From Takakia lepidozioides (lineage: Eukaryota; Plantae; Bryophyta): a stretch of DNA of 64,000 nt. Where the stretch lies: assembly GCA_030704615.1 (NCBI GenBank), contig CM060733.1:73284001-73348000 (forward strand), read 5' to 3'. Under the pieces are notes generated by a model. It was not told the origin of the DNA and did no database searches. It was given only the letters and a program-made list of their open reading frames with translations. This document shows, one piece after another, positions 1 through 12,189 of this stretch. The first letter of the stretch is position 1. Each line of letters begins with the position of its first letter. Position numbers and translations under genes: made by a program.

Positions 1-100
1 GCCTTTCCATTTCCACTGCACACCTGCATTGCACCGGGAAAAGTCACTTACAGTTCTTAAAAATCTGTTCTCTGAATTGTAAATCTGTTCTTGCGCAGAT

Positions 101-2913
101 AGAGGCTCGGGCACAGCTGGTGCTGGAGAAGCAGCTGAATGATTACAAGATAACTATGACTCCACCAATGGATACTCTAGAAGACTATGTCCGCCAGTGG
201 AAAGCAGCTTGCTTCGGCACTTGCTTCTTCAGGGAGTTCGCCAAAGAGGGAGGCATCTCGCGCACTAACGACTTCGAGCAGCAGCATGGATCAGAACAGG
301 CTATGAAGAGGGTTCTATACAGGTTTGTCTTGACACTCTTTTTCCACCCTTCGTTCCTGTCTCACGAAGTTTCGATGTCGTTGCAGCCCTACTCTGTTGA
401 ATACACAGTCCCAAAACTGTGTGCGCTGATGCACTCAGTAAAGGGGTGGGCACTTCTGTGTTTCCCAAGCTTTCATTCTACATACAAACATCTGATCCTG
501 TACTGAATCACACCTGCCCTGGCTTGTGAGTAGGGCCTGGGTGGACAGACCAAAAATTGAGTGCGCTGGCGCACACAGTCAAGGGGGCCTGAAACCGTTT
601 TCTCACGCTTTCCCCACTTACTAACATTCCCTCTATTTTGATTGTGTAGGTACATCAAGAACGTTCTCATTCCAGGCAAGAACCTGAGTTGACACCCGCA
701 CTTTATTGACCTATGGTGTGACCCATCCAACGCTTAGACAATGTACACTGCAGCGATTTTGAAGGATTACGGGACCTCACATCTTCGAGACTGCTACTGG
801 TATATGGATATCCCACGGTCTAGATGCCCTTGGTTTGAGCTTGTGACCCGAAATCAAAACGACAATGCAGAGGCCTTGGCCCCTCTAACGGACAAGGAGT
901 TGCACGAGAGAAACTTGAGGATATTGGCTGAGAAAGAGCCTCTTGCACAGAATACGCCTGTGAAGCCTAGAAAAGACAAGGGGAAAGGGAAGGTAAAGGG
1001 GCAGAAAAACACTCCGAATGAGAATGAGAAGGAGTCCGTGGTGCAACCGGGGCAATGCAGACCCCACCCCCAGCCAAAAAGCCTGACCGAAAGAAGAAGG
1101 GTCTAAAAGAGCCCTACGATGCAATGGAGCACCCATCCAGAATCATTTTTCCGGGCATGTGCAAGCTGGTAATGACGAGTGCCTGGCCATGATGGAGACA
1201 AGGAAGTCAAGTTACGGTGGTGATCCTTCCAAAACGTGGGACAAACTATGTGCTTTTCTCCAATTGGTAAGCAATTATCATGCATGTGTTTGAGTTTTGT
1301 TTTCTTTGTTTTATTTTTACTCGGATCAGAAATGTCGCTTATAAAGCATCCTCCCCTTCTTACACGTTGTATTGCTTGCAGGCATGGAGGTGGAAGGAAT
1401 CTTGGGTGAATGGTGCACAGAAACCGTTTGCTTCGGAGATGGTTATTGTGGACATTCCGGATGGGCATCCAGTCCGGGATATTCTGCTCAGTGACACCTG
1501 CCCAACATGGAACAAATTTGACGAGAGGTATTGGAGTTGGGTGTTTTCATTTTGCAAGTTTTTCCTTTCCGATGCAGGGGTTCTTGTTATCATACAATCT
1601 GTCACGATGAGATGTCGCCGGGAGCTGGCAAGCTACTTGAAAGCCTCGGGGATGCGGATTATCAAGACCCGGAACTGTGTCAACAGCCTATATCTGTCGA
1701 AGGGGGATTGCCCATGGCAGAAGGTACGTTTCAAATACTTTATTTTTATGCCTTCTCTGTTGAAGTTCCACTGTACTGATTGTTATGAAGTCATGCTGTT
1801 CGCACTGCCTGAATTGAGTGCTTCAGCGCACTCAGTTATGGCGGTGCATGAGCAATGACCCTGAACCCGTTCCACCCGGAATGGGTCTGCACTCCCACCC
1901 AGATGTGCTACGAAACATTCCTCACTAATTATTGACCTCTTCATCGCAGACCCATCTATTTGAGGCCGTCTGTCTCGTGAGGGTACATCCACTGTCGACT
2001 CCCACCACAGTGGTGGAGTTCGAGCTTCATGGGGAAGGATGTTTCATAAACGAGAGGTTCGATCCTGTCGTCGACGACATGCACTACAACTATGTGGACT
2101 CCAACGTATGTTTGCGAAAGCCAAATGGAACGCCTTGGAGAGGGGCCCGTGAAAAAAGCCCGGCTTTTATCCAAACGATCATTGAGAGTTGTTCTCGGCC
2201 AAGGGCCCACATCATAGATCTCACTCTCGGCACAGGTTTCTCTTCTTGACTTTGTCATCGATTTCTTTTCTTCTGCACCTTCTTTACTCAATATTCTAAA
2301 ACTCTAATTCCATCATTCTGTCTCTTGCAGGCACTTCTTACCATGCTTGCAAGGCAGGTGGCAGGCACTTGTTTGGTATGGAAGGAGATGCAGATATTTT
2401 CACTGGCCTACTCGCCGAGTTGCAACGGGGCTCGTCTACCTCCAATGTGAAGGATGTCACTGCGCAAATTGATATCCTCGACGGAGACAACAAGGACCTG
2501 GACAATGACTTTTCATGTGAGTAAGTTCATTTTCTGTCTATTTGATCTTGTGTATATTCTCTGTCGCGTCCCCTTCTGTTGTCTGATTATTACCCAAATG
2601 GTGCATTTCTGATTGCAGGAATGTGAACGCACTCCCGTGGCCCCTGTCTTCCATATACTTGAGGGACTTGTGCTGGAGCCCTCCTCCTAAATATGTCCTT
2701 CCCGACTACGCGGAAGGCATTGCTCGTGTGCAAGTAGCTGTGCTTTCTCCCCCACCATTGCGTTGGAGTTCCAGGAAGACGCTCAGGCACCTCCGCGCAA
2801 AGGTCTTCATAGATGATAGTGCAGCAGTTTCAGGTGGTAGCAGTACTTCTAGCAGTTCAGCAGATTCAGGTGGTAGCAGTAGCAGTGTTGACACCACCTA
2901 CGGATGTACTTGA
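101..2913 (+). pseudogene. 3' part of a multi-exon ParB-MTase family gene (beta-class N4C/N6A DNA methyltransferase domain), copy A
   Basis: GT-AG introns at 1724-1949, 2236-2330 and 2521-2618 join the exons in frame. Motif IV-like VIVDIPDG precedes motif X/I-like KSPAFIQTIIESCS..IIDLTLGTG|TSYHACKAGGRHLFGMEGD (beta order). Upstream exons (TLEDYVRQ..FFRE; HLRDCYWYMD) match the genes at 12-18 kb and 57-62 kb. In-frame stops near 690-740. Confidence 0.8.
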
Positions 2914-3515
2914 GGGCATTCATTTATGGAACATGAGGGGACACACTCTCTGTTTTCCGTTGCACCACCATTTCTCTTCCCACCATCCGTTGTAATGAGC
3001 ACGGACTACAATGACATTCACATCCCTGATTTGAAACATTCTGTCCATTGCATCATGCAAATTTGAAAGTGTTTTCCTTCTAAACATTGCTCTCCAATTC
3101 ATCCGTGTGCATTCAATGAAAGTTTTTCAACAGAGATGAATATCTGCATAGTCCAGTAGACAGTCATTCGACATATGCCATCACACCAATATTTGGTTGG
3201 ATGGATGGAGGATGAATGTTTTGGATGGATGAAGCCCGATTGGATGTACACTGTGGATGAATGTTGCATGCATGGATGGTCCCATGGATGATGTCAGTGC
3301 GCAGTATCATGCACAGGGGCGGGATGGCGAGGTTCACTATCGGGGTTGAGGTGGGTCCCTGAGGCTGACAAGGGTTGGGGTTTCTATTTGGGGTTGCAGG
3401 GTTAATATGGATGAAGACGTGTTTCTACGGTAATGGGTTCTCTTCCACGGAAATAGACGCCGCATCTTTCCCAAAATCATGCCACGTGTCCTGGGCTCAC
3501 GCCAGGCTCCTGGGC

Positions 3516-5806
3516 TCACACTCTAGCATCCCCCCCCCCATCATTGTCTTGTAGAAAAGCACATGGACAAAGACTGTACACTGGTATTTCCATATTTCTT
3601 ACCTGATCTGTGGCATTGGCCATGAGGGGGAGGTGGTTTACACACGTCCACTTCTTCTTCAGGACTTTGAATGTTGTCTTCATCATGGTAGTCTGAACTT
3701 CTTGCTCGGTTTGGTTGTCGCCATTTGTGAACAGTACAACACATCCATTGTCATGTACGAGCTTCCCAGCCAGAGATAGAGCATACAAGATGTCCTTTGT
3801 AGATTTCTCGTTCCATTTCGGGATGCCAACGCCTCTTGTTTCCTGCACTGGAATGCCGTGAGGGATATCAGCAATAAGGAGGTCCACTGCATCCAGTCCA
3901 TTGATTTCCGAGAAATCTCCCTGCGAAACAGATTTTATCCACTTGTCAAGCTGCTTCTTCTCCGGAGGCCACTCACCACTCGCCTTCCCATCGACCATTC
4001 TAATGTAATCTGCATGGATGCAAGTGACCACAGTCGAGTACGGAATATTCTTTCCTATCTTCCTGGCCGCGAAGGGCTTTTTCCTGGCCGTGAAGAGCTC
4101 TTTCTTGTTCGCGGACTGGAGGTGGAGCCGGCTGAACTGCTCCTCGGCTCCAGGGCCCCCAAGAATCCCCATTGAACTTGCATCCCCCATGGAGGCATCT
4201 GCGCTTGGCGTCCTCCTCCCTAGACTGCCTTCAGTAGTAGTCTTCATCGCCTTGCTGGCCTTGTCCTTCTTCTTTGCCCGGGCTGCCCGACGAGCTTTGG
4301 CCTTTGCTTCGTTCTGAGTCACTTGTTGCTCATCGTTTTGACGGAGCCACTCTGCCTCAGCTGCATTTGCCAGGATTGTTGATTGTCGAGCAGCCTCCTC
4401 GGCCCTTGCCTGCTCATCCAACTCTACTAATCCAGTTATTACAGCCTGTGCGTCCTCATACTCCGTCTTCTCTTCAGCAGACAAATACCCTTCCTCCATG
4501 TCCAATCACTAGGGATAATTCCCATAAACATGGCCCTTATATAATCTCAATTGCTCATCATTGTAGATAGTTGTCCCCAACAAATCATTCACCCAGGGTA
4601 GCATAATAGCTGGAGTTGACAGCAACAACTTCTTCCCTCCATGGAGGTACCTGTGGATGTACCTGTTCGGTAGAAGCGATGTGGGATTAGAGACACAGGG
4701 ACGGGAATCAACGTTATACCAGTGATGAATTGGGCGTTCCAAAAATTTACCTGAAACACATACGTTTTGAAAGCCAAAGACCTCCTGGTTGGTTTGTGAG
4801 TTGCACACTCTGGCGCATGCCATCCTGGTATTCCACATTGAACAGGCAATTCTAGATTCAATTTCCAGACATTTAAGTACGATGGGAGGTCTTCCGCCTT
4901 CCCTGCAATGTCAGAGAGGTTAATGCTCCCATTATTGACGAGCTATTCAAGCTGCCTCTGCGCCTCCTTGATATTCTGCACACACGCGGGCAGCTTGTGA
5001 GGCTTACTGTTCGGGGCCAAACCTTAGTCCGCAGAGCAAACGACGGGAGAAAGGAAACAAAGCAAGCATAAGAAAATAAGGTCCACCATATTCTGCACAG
5101 AGGCTTGCCGCTAGTGAGGCTCACTGTTCGTTGCCGAACCTTAAACGCAAAAAAGGAAATAAATCTTCAACACAAGTAGGGGCAGGAAATTCACCTTATA
5201 CCACCAGGTAGCCTTGTCACAGAATGCTGCAATGGCCTTGTCTATTGGAGCAAGTGGAAAATGGTTCGCCTTTCGGGACTCGGTGTCCGAATTCCGAATC
5301 CTCAACCATCTGCATTTCTCTGGGCCTGGAACCGCACTTGATGCAACCTACTGCAGCTTCTCTAGCTGCATCTCCGGCTTCTTTGATAGCCCACAGTGCT
5401 GGTAGTGGGTGACAATCTCGAAAAGAAACGCGTCGGTGTGCGCAGGGTCACAAATGACTGCATACTTTGCAAACCGGCTGGTCAGTAGTTTCCGATCCGC
5501 GGCACAGGCCTCTTCTATCTTGGCTTGACAGTCGGCCTCCGTCTGTTTGTCCACAGGAACATCCTCATAATACCTCTGTTGGGCTTGGTTCTTGGTCTTC
5601 TCAAGAGTGTCGGCCCCAATGTATTTGACAAGAGCTTCCCTTGTGAGAGTCATCCAACCATCTCTTTTGCCCTTGCATTTCTCATAGACAGCAGGAGTCA
5701 GAGCAGTCTCGAAGTACTCCAGGGGGGTCTGTGCAGTCTTTCTGAAGAAATAGAGATGCTGATTCAGATTGTTGTGCACCCGTGCTTTCTGAGTTACCCT
5801 GAACAC
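3516..5806 (-). pseudogene. Second ParB-MTase family paralogue (middle region plus N-half of MTase), truncated, convergent with copy A
   Basis: ORF 3516-4505 has DLLIADIPHG...LVHDNGCVVLF...KKWTCVN, homologous to the DIPDG regions of the other copies. ORF 5348-5806 (SRFAKYAVICDP...LEKL) matches 15741-16022 (SRMVKYVAIADP...LEKL). No motif I half found. Confidence 0.7.
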
Positions 5807-7193
5807 AAGCAGAGATGACAGTCATATGAAACCTTGTTTTAAAAGCAATGCTACTCTGAAAAGCCGCAAAACAGTGTTCGTTCCAGAACAGCGGAGTGGA
5901 TAAACAGGTTAAAAGTGTTAAACTTACCCATTCATTCGTCTCATGGCCCAAAAAACCAATCCCATGTCGTGCTTCTTGATATCAAGCACGTAAGCCTTCA
6001 CTCGGATGTGCCAATCGGCATCATTTTTGCGCTGCTGGCTGATAACAGCCATCCAAGCATACCATTTGTGGTTGCCATCGTAGATGAACAAGTATTTTCC
6101 CTTGAGCCAATGCCAATCTGGCCTCCTGTCAAGCTCCCGCTCAAAAACAATTCTAGGCTGTCATTGTCAGCTGCTAGCAGCAAGGCAATGATGTATGCAT
6201 GATTTGTGCAAAGGCAGTGATAGCTGAAGGAGCAGGGATAGAGTGTGGGTTTAGATTCATCCAAGAGGGCCAGATTTCAAGCACAAGATTAGCTAAAATT
6301 ACCTATGATTCCCTGTGGATCAATAGCTTCAAGAAACCTGCATGGGTAGATGGTCAACTAAAGGCAGCTGCTGCATCGGCACAGTTGATAAAATCAGGCA
6401 CCTCAACCCCCACAGCTTCTGAAAGTGGATCAAGAGAAGGAGTCCAGAATGGCCTCTTCTAGCACTTATGGGCATGTGAAGATGCTTTGGAGGCAGGCAG
6501 ATTGAAAGAGGCTCTACAGACTTTGAACCAAGGAGGCATTTCAGCAGATTCAGATACGTATGTCTGTCACAGCGTGGAGACACTGTCATTGACTGCTGTG
6601 CAGCACCTGGTGGGAAGGCCCTTTCCTTGGCATCCCGCCTTAAATGTCAAGGTAAGCCTTTCTACACACAACTGTAGCAATGATATGTAGCATAAACATA
6701 GGGTTTAGGGTAAATTACTGGGCTGATGCAAGTTCTATTCCTAGCTATGTACAGGAGCATCCCTTTGAGCCTCAGCTACCCTCAGTTGCATGCATCGAGC
6801 ATGGGGACATCTCAAACGAAGTGCCTCCACGGAAGGTATGTAATGCCAAATGGACTGATATAATCCGCCCAACATGTTGCTAACTTGTATGCATGCTGGG
6901 AACTGCTGTAGAATTTGGGAGAAGTCTTGGTTTCCTTACCTGCATGCACATTGACCCACTAAGAATGTGTGGTTGTGTTTTAAAAAAACAGAGGTCTACC
7001 AAAGAGCATCAGGAGGCACCTCAAGTCAAGCACCATTGAACTCGTCTCACAGCATGTCAACATGACTTGGTTGAACCATCACCACCCCCTGCGGTATGTA
7101 TAATATTGCTTGTGAAGCCATGGTCCGTTTCAAATGATTTGAGAAGCCTCACTGCATGTAGGTGTACTTCTATTTGGACTAACTTACTCATGT

Positions 7194-8398
7194 TTGTTCA
7201 CTGTGCAGTATAGGAAAGGCGATAAGGTTTACCTCCGGAGTTTTCGGAATCCCAACGTTGTAGTTGGTTATGGGAAGGTTGTAGGTATTTATGGTAAAGG
7301 AAAGGACTGGCCAGATGGGTACTATTCTATTCTATTTTGGTTGACAAGGCAATTGTGGGTGACACGCCACTGCCTCTTTGCAATGTGGAGGCTATCATTG
7401 AAGAGAAACGATTGGGTGATGATGTCAATTCGCATGTTCTATGGAAGTTTAAACATTTGAACAAGCAGTAAAAATGCCTAGCATGCAACATTGTAGGTCA
7501 TGGTTTGGGGCCTCAGTTTGGGATCTAGTGCTGACATCATAGGTGCACCAAATGCTACAAAACAATTGTAAACCAACCTTTGCTCGGTTTAATTATCGAC
7601 TGTCTGGTCGAATCTTGACACTATGGTCCTCTTTTGTAGTGATATGCCTAGTTATTGCACATTCTTTGCAGTGAACTTGATAGCTACAGTGAGAGATTCA
7701 TCCACTGTAAGTAGTTGTGTGCTTCACCCAATGCTGGTGTAGTCAAACTTTCACTGTTTTCCTCCCACTATGAAATTCATTTTAAGTGAGGCTTTTCATT
7801 AATCATAGTAAAAATTTGATCTCTATCTACACTAGACAATGAAAATCTCAACTACTCCATATTACTATCTAGTGATACATATAACTGTGATTATATACCT
7901 CATAGTGAGAACTTCAACTACCAGGTCTCAACCACACGAATACTATTCCAATTGAACAAGAGTGTGACATGTGGAATCCTAGTCAAACTATTAAACTATA
8001 TATTCACTGACAACAGTAGAATATATTCTTCATTGGTAGTGATTTACTTTCATATTTCACTATGTAGTGAACTCTGATACTACAGTGAAACCATATAGTG
8101 AGATTATTAACCACGAGTGGTTTCAATATTCACTATCGTTACCATATCATGGGGAGATTATTCACTACATGTGGCTCATGTAGTGAAGTTTTTCACTATA
8201 TGGGTAGTGATTTTACTATCAATAATCCATCTATCTAGAATTGGTGGGCTCCACCACAGTGAAAATGTTTCACTCGAACAACCGCATGCCTGCTTTGACT
8301 ACGCCCTTTGTCACTATCTGGTTTTTTGGTTAAAATGGCACTTTCGACTATTTTTGCAGTAAAACAGACAGTCGAAAGTGCCGCATCCTGTTGTAGTG
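7194..8398 (+). mobile_element. End of a CACTA/EnSpm element with subterminal TAGTGA/TCACTA-rich repeats
   Basis: Ends ...CTGTTGTAGTG at 8398 (reverse complement CACTACAACAG). Hairpin GCACTTTCGACT...AGTCGAAAGTGC at about 8338-8381. Many TAGTGA/TCACTA motifs at 7600-8280. The upstream fragment KGDKVYLRSF..VVGYGKV resembles TnpA-like C-termini. The other end was not located. Confidence 0.55.
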
Positions 8399-8518
8399 GA
8401 GGGATAATTTCTCCCACTTACTCAATTGCCAAAGGGCACTAAAATCGACCCGGCCTCTGGTCTATTTGCAACTTACTCATTCCAAAGTCAAATCAGATTT
8501 CTGTACGTACTCTCTACT

Positions 8519-9010
8519 CTACTGATCTATATGCATACTTTCCATGCATTGAGAGGAATTGAAATATTTCCCATGTGAAGGGAAAATGCCATTATACCTT
8601 GTCCCCTTGAACATCATCTCGATATCGCGCCATGTTGCACTTTGGACACTTGGTGGCATGCTCATGCTCTCCATAGTATAGGGTGCGATCACATGGACAT
8701 ACATGAAAAATCTTATAGCCCATCCCCACGGAGTCCAAGACTTTGCGCGCCTCTTTTCGTGATCGAGGCTCTTGGGTTTCAAATGTGGAGCGAGGATGTG
8801 GTCCGCAATAGTTCACATTATTGCAAACATTCCAACATTACTTATGCCAAATTGAATTTGAAGATTGAGCAGTAGTAGGATGGTAGAAAGTCGACTCACT
8901 TTCACCCCTTCATACAAGGGAGTTTTGGCCTCCTTTTCTATGTCATTTGAGGAAGCCGTTTTCAGGATCATCGATAGAGATTTCTTCTCCATGGGATGCA
9001 GCAGCCACAT
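8519..9010 (-). pseudogene. CACTA TnpD-like transposase N-terminal fragment (frameshifted)
   Basis: EAKTPLYEG..SRLSTILLLLNLQ and YKIFHVCPCDRTLY..KCPKCNMARY are typical of the region before the Transposase_21 domain. Confidence 0.75.
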
Positions 9011-9764
9011 GATGCATTAAGAGAACCTCCATAGCTTGCACATCCTTACAATAGATTCCATGTTCAATTTCATTGTCATAATTGTTTAGTATTTCAACGA
9101 TGGAGGCGGCGTCTTGCCCGCGGCTCCCACAGGATTTACTTGGGTTGTTTTCGGCTGGGGTACTGAGAGAAAGGACCAGGAGGGGCGAGGCAAGTCTTGA
9201 TATGATCAAATAAACATATGGGCATATATTGTAATGTGTTGTGCAACACTAGCAAGCGGAATGCAAACAATAACCTTAAATGCTAGCATGCATCAAATAT
9301 GTCATTAACTAATCATACATATAAATATAACAACATGTCATACACTTAATGTTATTGCATGTTTATGTACATAAGGTACAAATGTAATGTACATGTTCAT
9401 GGTGGTCCGTTGCAAAATTGTAGTAAGCAAATAATTCGGATCCAGTCCTAATGCTCCTAACTGCGACTATCATCACAAAATCATCTATGTGTAGGGCTAG
9501 CCTGTGGTCCCTGTCATGCCGCTCATCCCACTATACATTGGGAGGGACATTGCTCCCTACCGAACTATTCACAACTCCAGCTACGTTGCCATACACATGG
9601 GGGTTTTCGTCGCAATTTTTTCGATATTTGGCCACTATGCCATCATGCACCTCAGTTAGATTGCCATTCATTGCATGCTTGCCAAAGACACGGACCGGGA
9701 CATGCCTTGTCAACAACTGCCACTCCGGATGGGGGCTGAAAATCTGCGAGCAGTGAAACCGACG

Positions 9765-10530
9765 AACCTGTGCCGAACCTATCTTAAGGTTCGGGGCAGG
9801 TTCGGGATTCCAGATTCCGATTCTGATTCGGAGTTCGGTGGAGGAGATTCCGAATCTCATTCTGAAAGAAGCTTTGTAACGGACAAGAACATTAAGTACT
9901 TACTATGTAGTAGGTACTTACCACAGCACATATTTCCGCCTGTTAGGTTCGGCGCCGAACCTAACGAGAAAAATGAAAACCCCAAAAATTCAAAACCTCT
10001 TTAAAGTTTTCTAATTAATATTTTAATATTGAACGTCCAAACAGCCTCGAGATAGTCTCCATAAAATTTAAAACTATATGCCAACAAGATCCATCGCAGC
10101 GACCTCAGATGAAATGAGCAAATCAGCAGAGAGAAATAGAGGTTAAGAGTACCAAAAGGAAATTTATAGCAAACATGATTGATAGGAGGGAGGAATGTTC
10201 GGCGCCGAACACTTGAACTCCTACAAAATTACTCAAGAGACAACGCGGACCGATCAGAGATAATAATGTCCTGGGAGGGGCAAACTACTGCATGATAGGA
10301 GGGAGGAATGTTCGGTGCCGAACACTTCAACTCCTACAAAATTACACAAAAGATGTTCCACGCGAAGAACTCAGAGATAAAATAATGTCCTGGGAGGGGC
10401 AAAATATTGCATGATAGGAAGGAGGAATGTTCGGCGTCGAACACTTCAACTCTTACAAAATTACTCAAAAGAACCATGCGGAGAACTAGAGATAATAATG
10501 TCCTGGGAGGGGCAAAATACTGCATGATCC
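9765..10530. repeat. Palindrome-bearing repeats (GTTCGGCGCCGAAC), including three tandem units of about 113-119 bp at 10180-10530
   Basis: AGGTTCGGCGCCGAACCT at about 9945; TGTTCGGYGYCGAACA at about 10196, 10309 and 10428 inside repeated GATAGGAGGGAGGAA...CCTGGGAGGGGCAAA units. Confidence 0.8.
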
Positions 10531-10648
10531 CCATATCCTAAATACTGAAAGTGCAATGCCGCCCATATATGTATAAATACTGGTGAAGCATACTGGTGAT
10601 GCACTATAGCTCAAAAATGAAGCACGGTACTTCAGCCAACAACTTTGA

Positions 10649-11360
10649 TCACAGATACAATGGAGTTGGGTCCCTGACTAGCAACTTGGCAGCCTCGTTC
10701 ACTGTCAAACAAGGTTGGTGTATCATATTCCAGTCCCCACGACAGTCAAGCCTGCTGAGGAAAATGAAATGCAGATGCTTGCACGGAGTACAGGATCCTC
10801 AACCTTTCTTCATGGAATCGAAGTCCGGACAAGTGCACTCAGGGAATTTGCCAACAGTGACATTGTACGCAATGTTCTGCTCGGAAGATCCGGGAGTCCT
10901 CAAAGTGTAAACCCTCCTGAACCCTGGTGCGGGAACATCTGTATAGCCTGTGACTTGCCCATGAAGCATATCTGCGCTCCGCATTCTGATGAAATTTAGT
11001 TTGCTTTCACGTTTCCTTTTGAATCTCCTATCCCAACATTTCGTTGGATAAACATCTCTGAACTCTCCAAGATCTCGTGGACACTTTGGGACTGAGGCTG
11101 ACTACGGACAGGAAGCTCAACATCCCTGGGCACCAGCCTAAAACTAGCCCGAGTCAAGGCATCCACCTCCGCATGGTCTAGGTTACAACCTTCAGCCACA
11201 TGCCAAACTGAGGGAGGTCCAGGCTTATCTTTCATATTCTCAACCACACCACCGTGGACACACTCAAAGATGTCGTCAGGACAGAACCACATCATCTGTA
11301 CCTTTGGGTTCACAAGAGCCCGAGGATGGTACCTTCCCAAATAGCACGCCGCGGGTGTGC
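10649..11360 (-). pseudogene. 3' fragment of a MULE transposase with SWIM zinc finger
   Basis: WFCPDDIFECVHG..PSVWHVA and YNVTVGKFPECTCPDF..PCKHLHFIF..LTVNEAAKLLVRDP are homologous to 22921-23774 and 42354-42635. Confidence 0.75.
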
Positions 11361-11968
11361 CCTTCCATTTCACGAGATACTCTGTTGCTTGATTCTTGAA
11401 CCTCCTCGACTTAAACACTGCCTCCACCTCGTACTCAGGTTCATTTTCATGATCCAACTGCACAGGTGGCGGACGCAACACTTGATGCCGATTCGGACGC
11501 GCTTCATCTTTGAAGTAAGGCTTCAAGTTCAATCTTATGCTGACAAATCTCAGGGGGTATCCCTTTCAGATCCTCGTAGCTCCAAGCAAATACATCTTTG
11601 TACTTGATAAACAGTAGCTTCCTCAAAGAATTCTGGCTCCAAGTCAACCCCTACTTTCACCATTCTTGGTTCCTCCTCAGTTCCCACATTCACTTCTCTC
11701 ACCTGCTCTTCAGCTGTGATTGTCCATCCAGCCACTACTTCATCCTGTAAACTCACAGTGGCTGGTTCTTCTAGGATTTCCATTTCTCCCTCTCTTTCCT
11801 CATAGAAATGTGGTGGGTAACTACTTGTTTCCCCCCCAATTGGTGTTGCTTTTATTGCACCACAGCAGATACCTTTAAAGCAACTCAGGCCTCTCAGTTG
11901 CATTTATGCAACCTGCTCCCACTCTGGGTGTGCAGCAAACAGGGTAGCTTCCTGCTCCTCATCAAGTC
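11361..11968 (-). mobile_element. 3' remnant of Gypsy element G1: post-protease/pre-RT segment joined to a chromodomain (most of RT-RH-IN deleted)
   Basis: VNVGTEEEPRMVKVG..YKDVFAWSYEDLKGIP(P/L)EICQHKIEL is followed by EYEVEAVFKSRRFKNQATEYLVKWKG (chromodomain). The reading frame continues across the MULE insertion from 24591+. Confidence 0.75.
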
Positions 11969-12189
11969 GGGGGCTGCTATTTCATGAGCGGCATGAGCAT
12001 GAGCGGAAAAAAAAAAAGCATGAGCACACCATTGTGAGTCCACGGAAATAGGGTTAGGAGGCACGGAAATAGGGTCAAGTGAAGTTGGAATGTGGCACCA
12101 GTGGACTTGAGATGCAACATTTTATTGGAAATTTTGTGGCAAGCCACGTCTATACAAGTGTGTTCTAACTGTCATAGCCAGAATGGGCA

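Noticed and set aside
10996-11532. Novel chromodomain-transposase fusion protein
   Set aside because: It is a chance in-frame junction between a deleted Gypsy integrase end and a MULE fragment.
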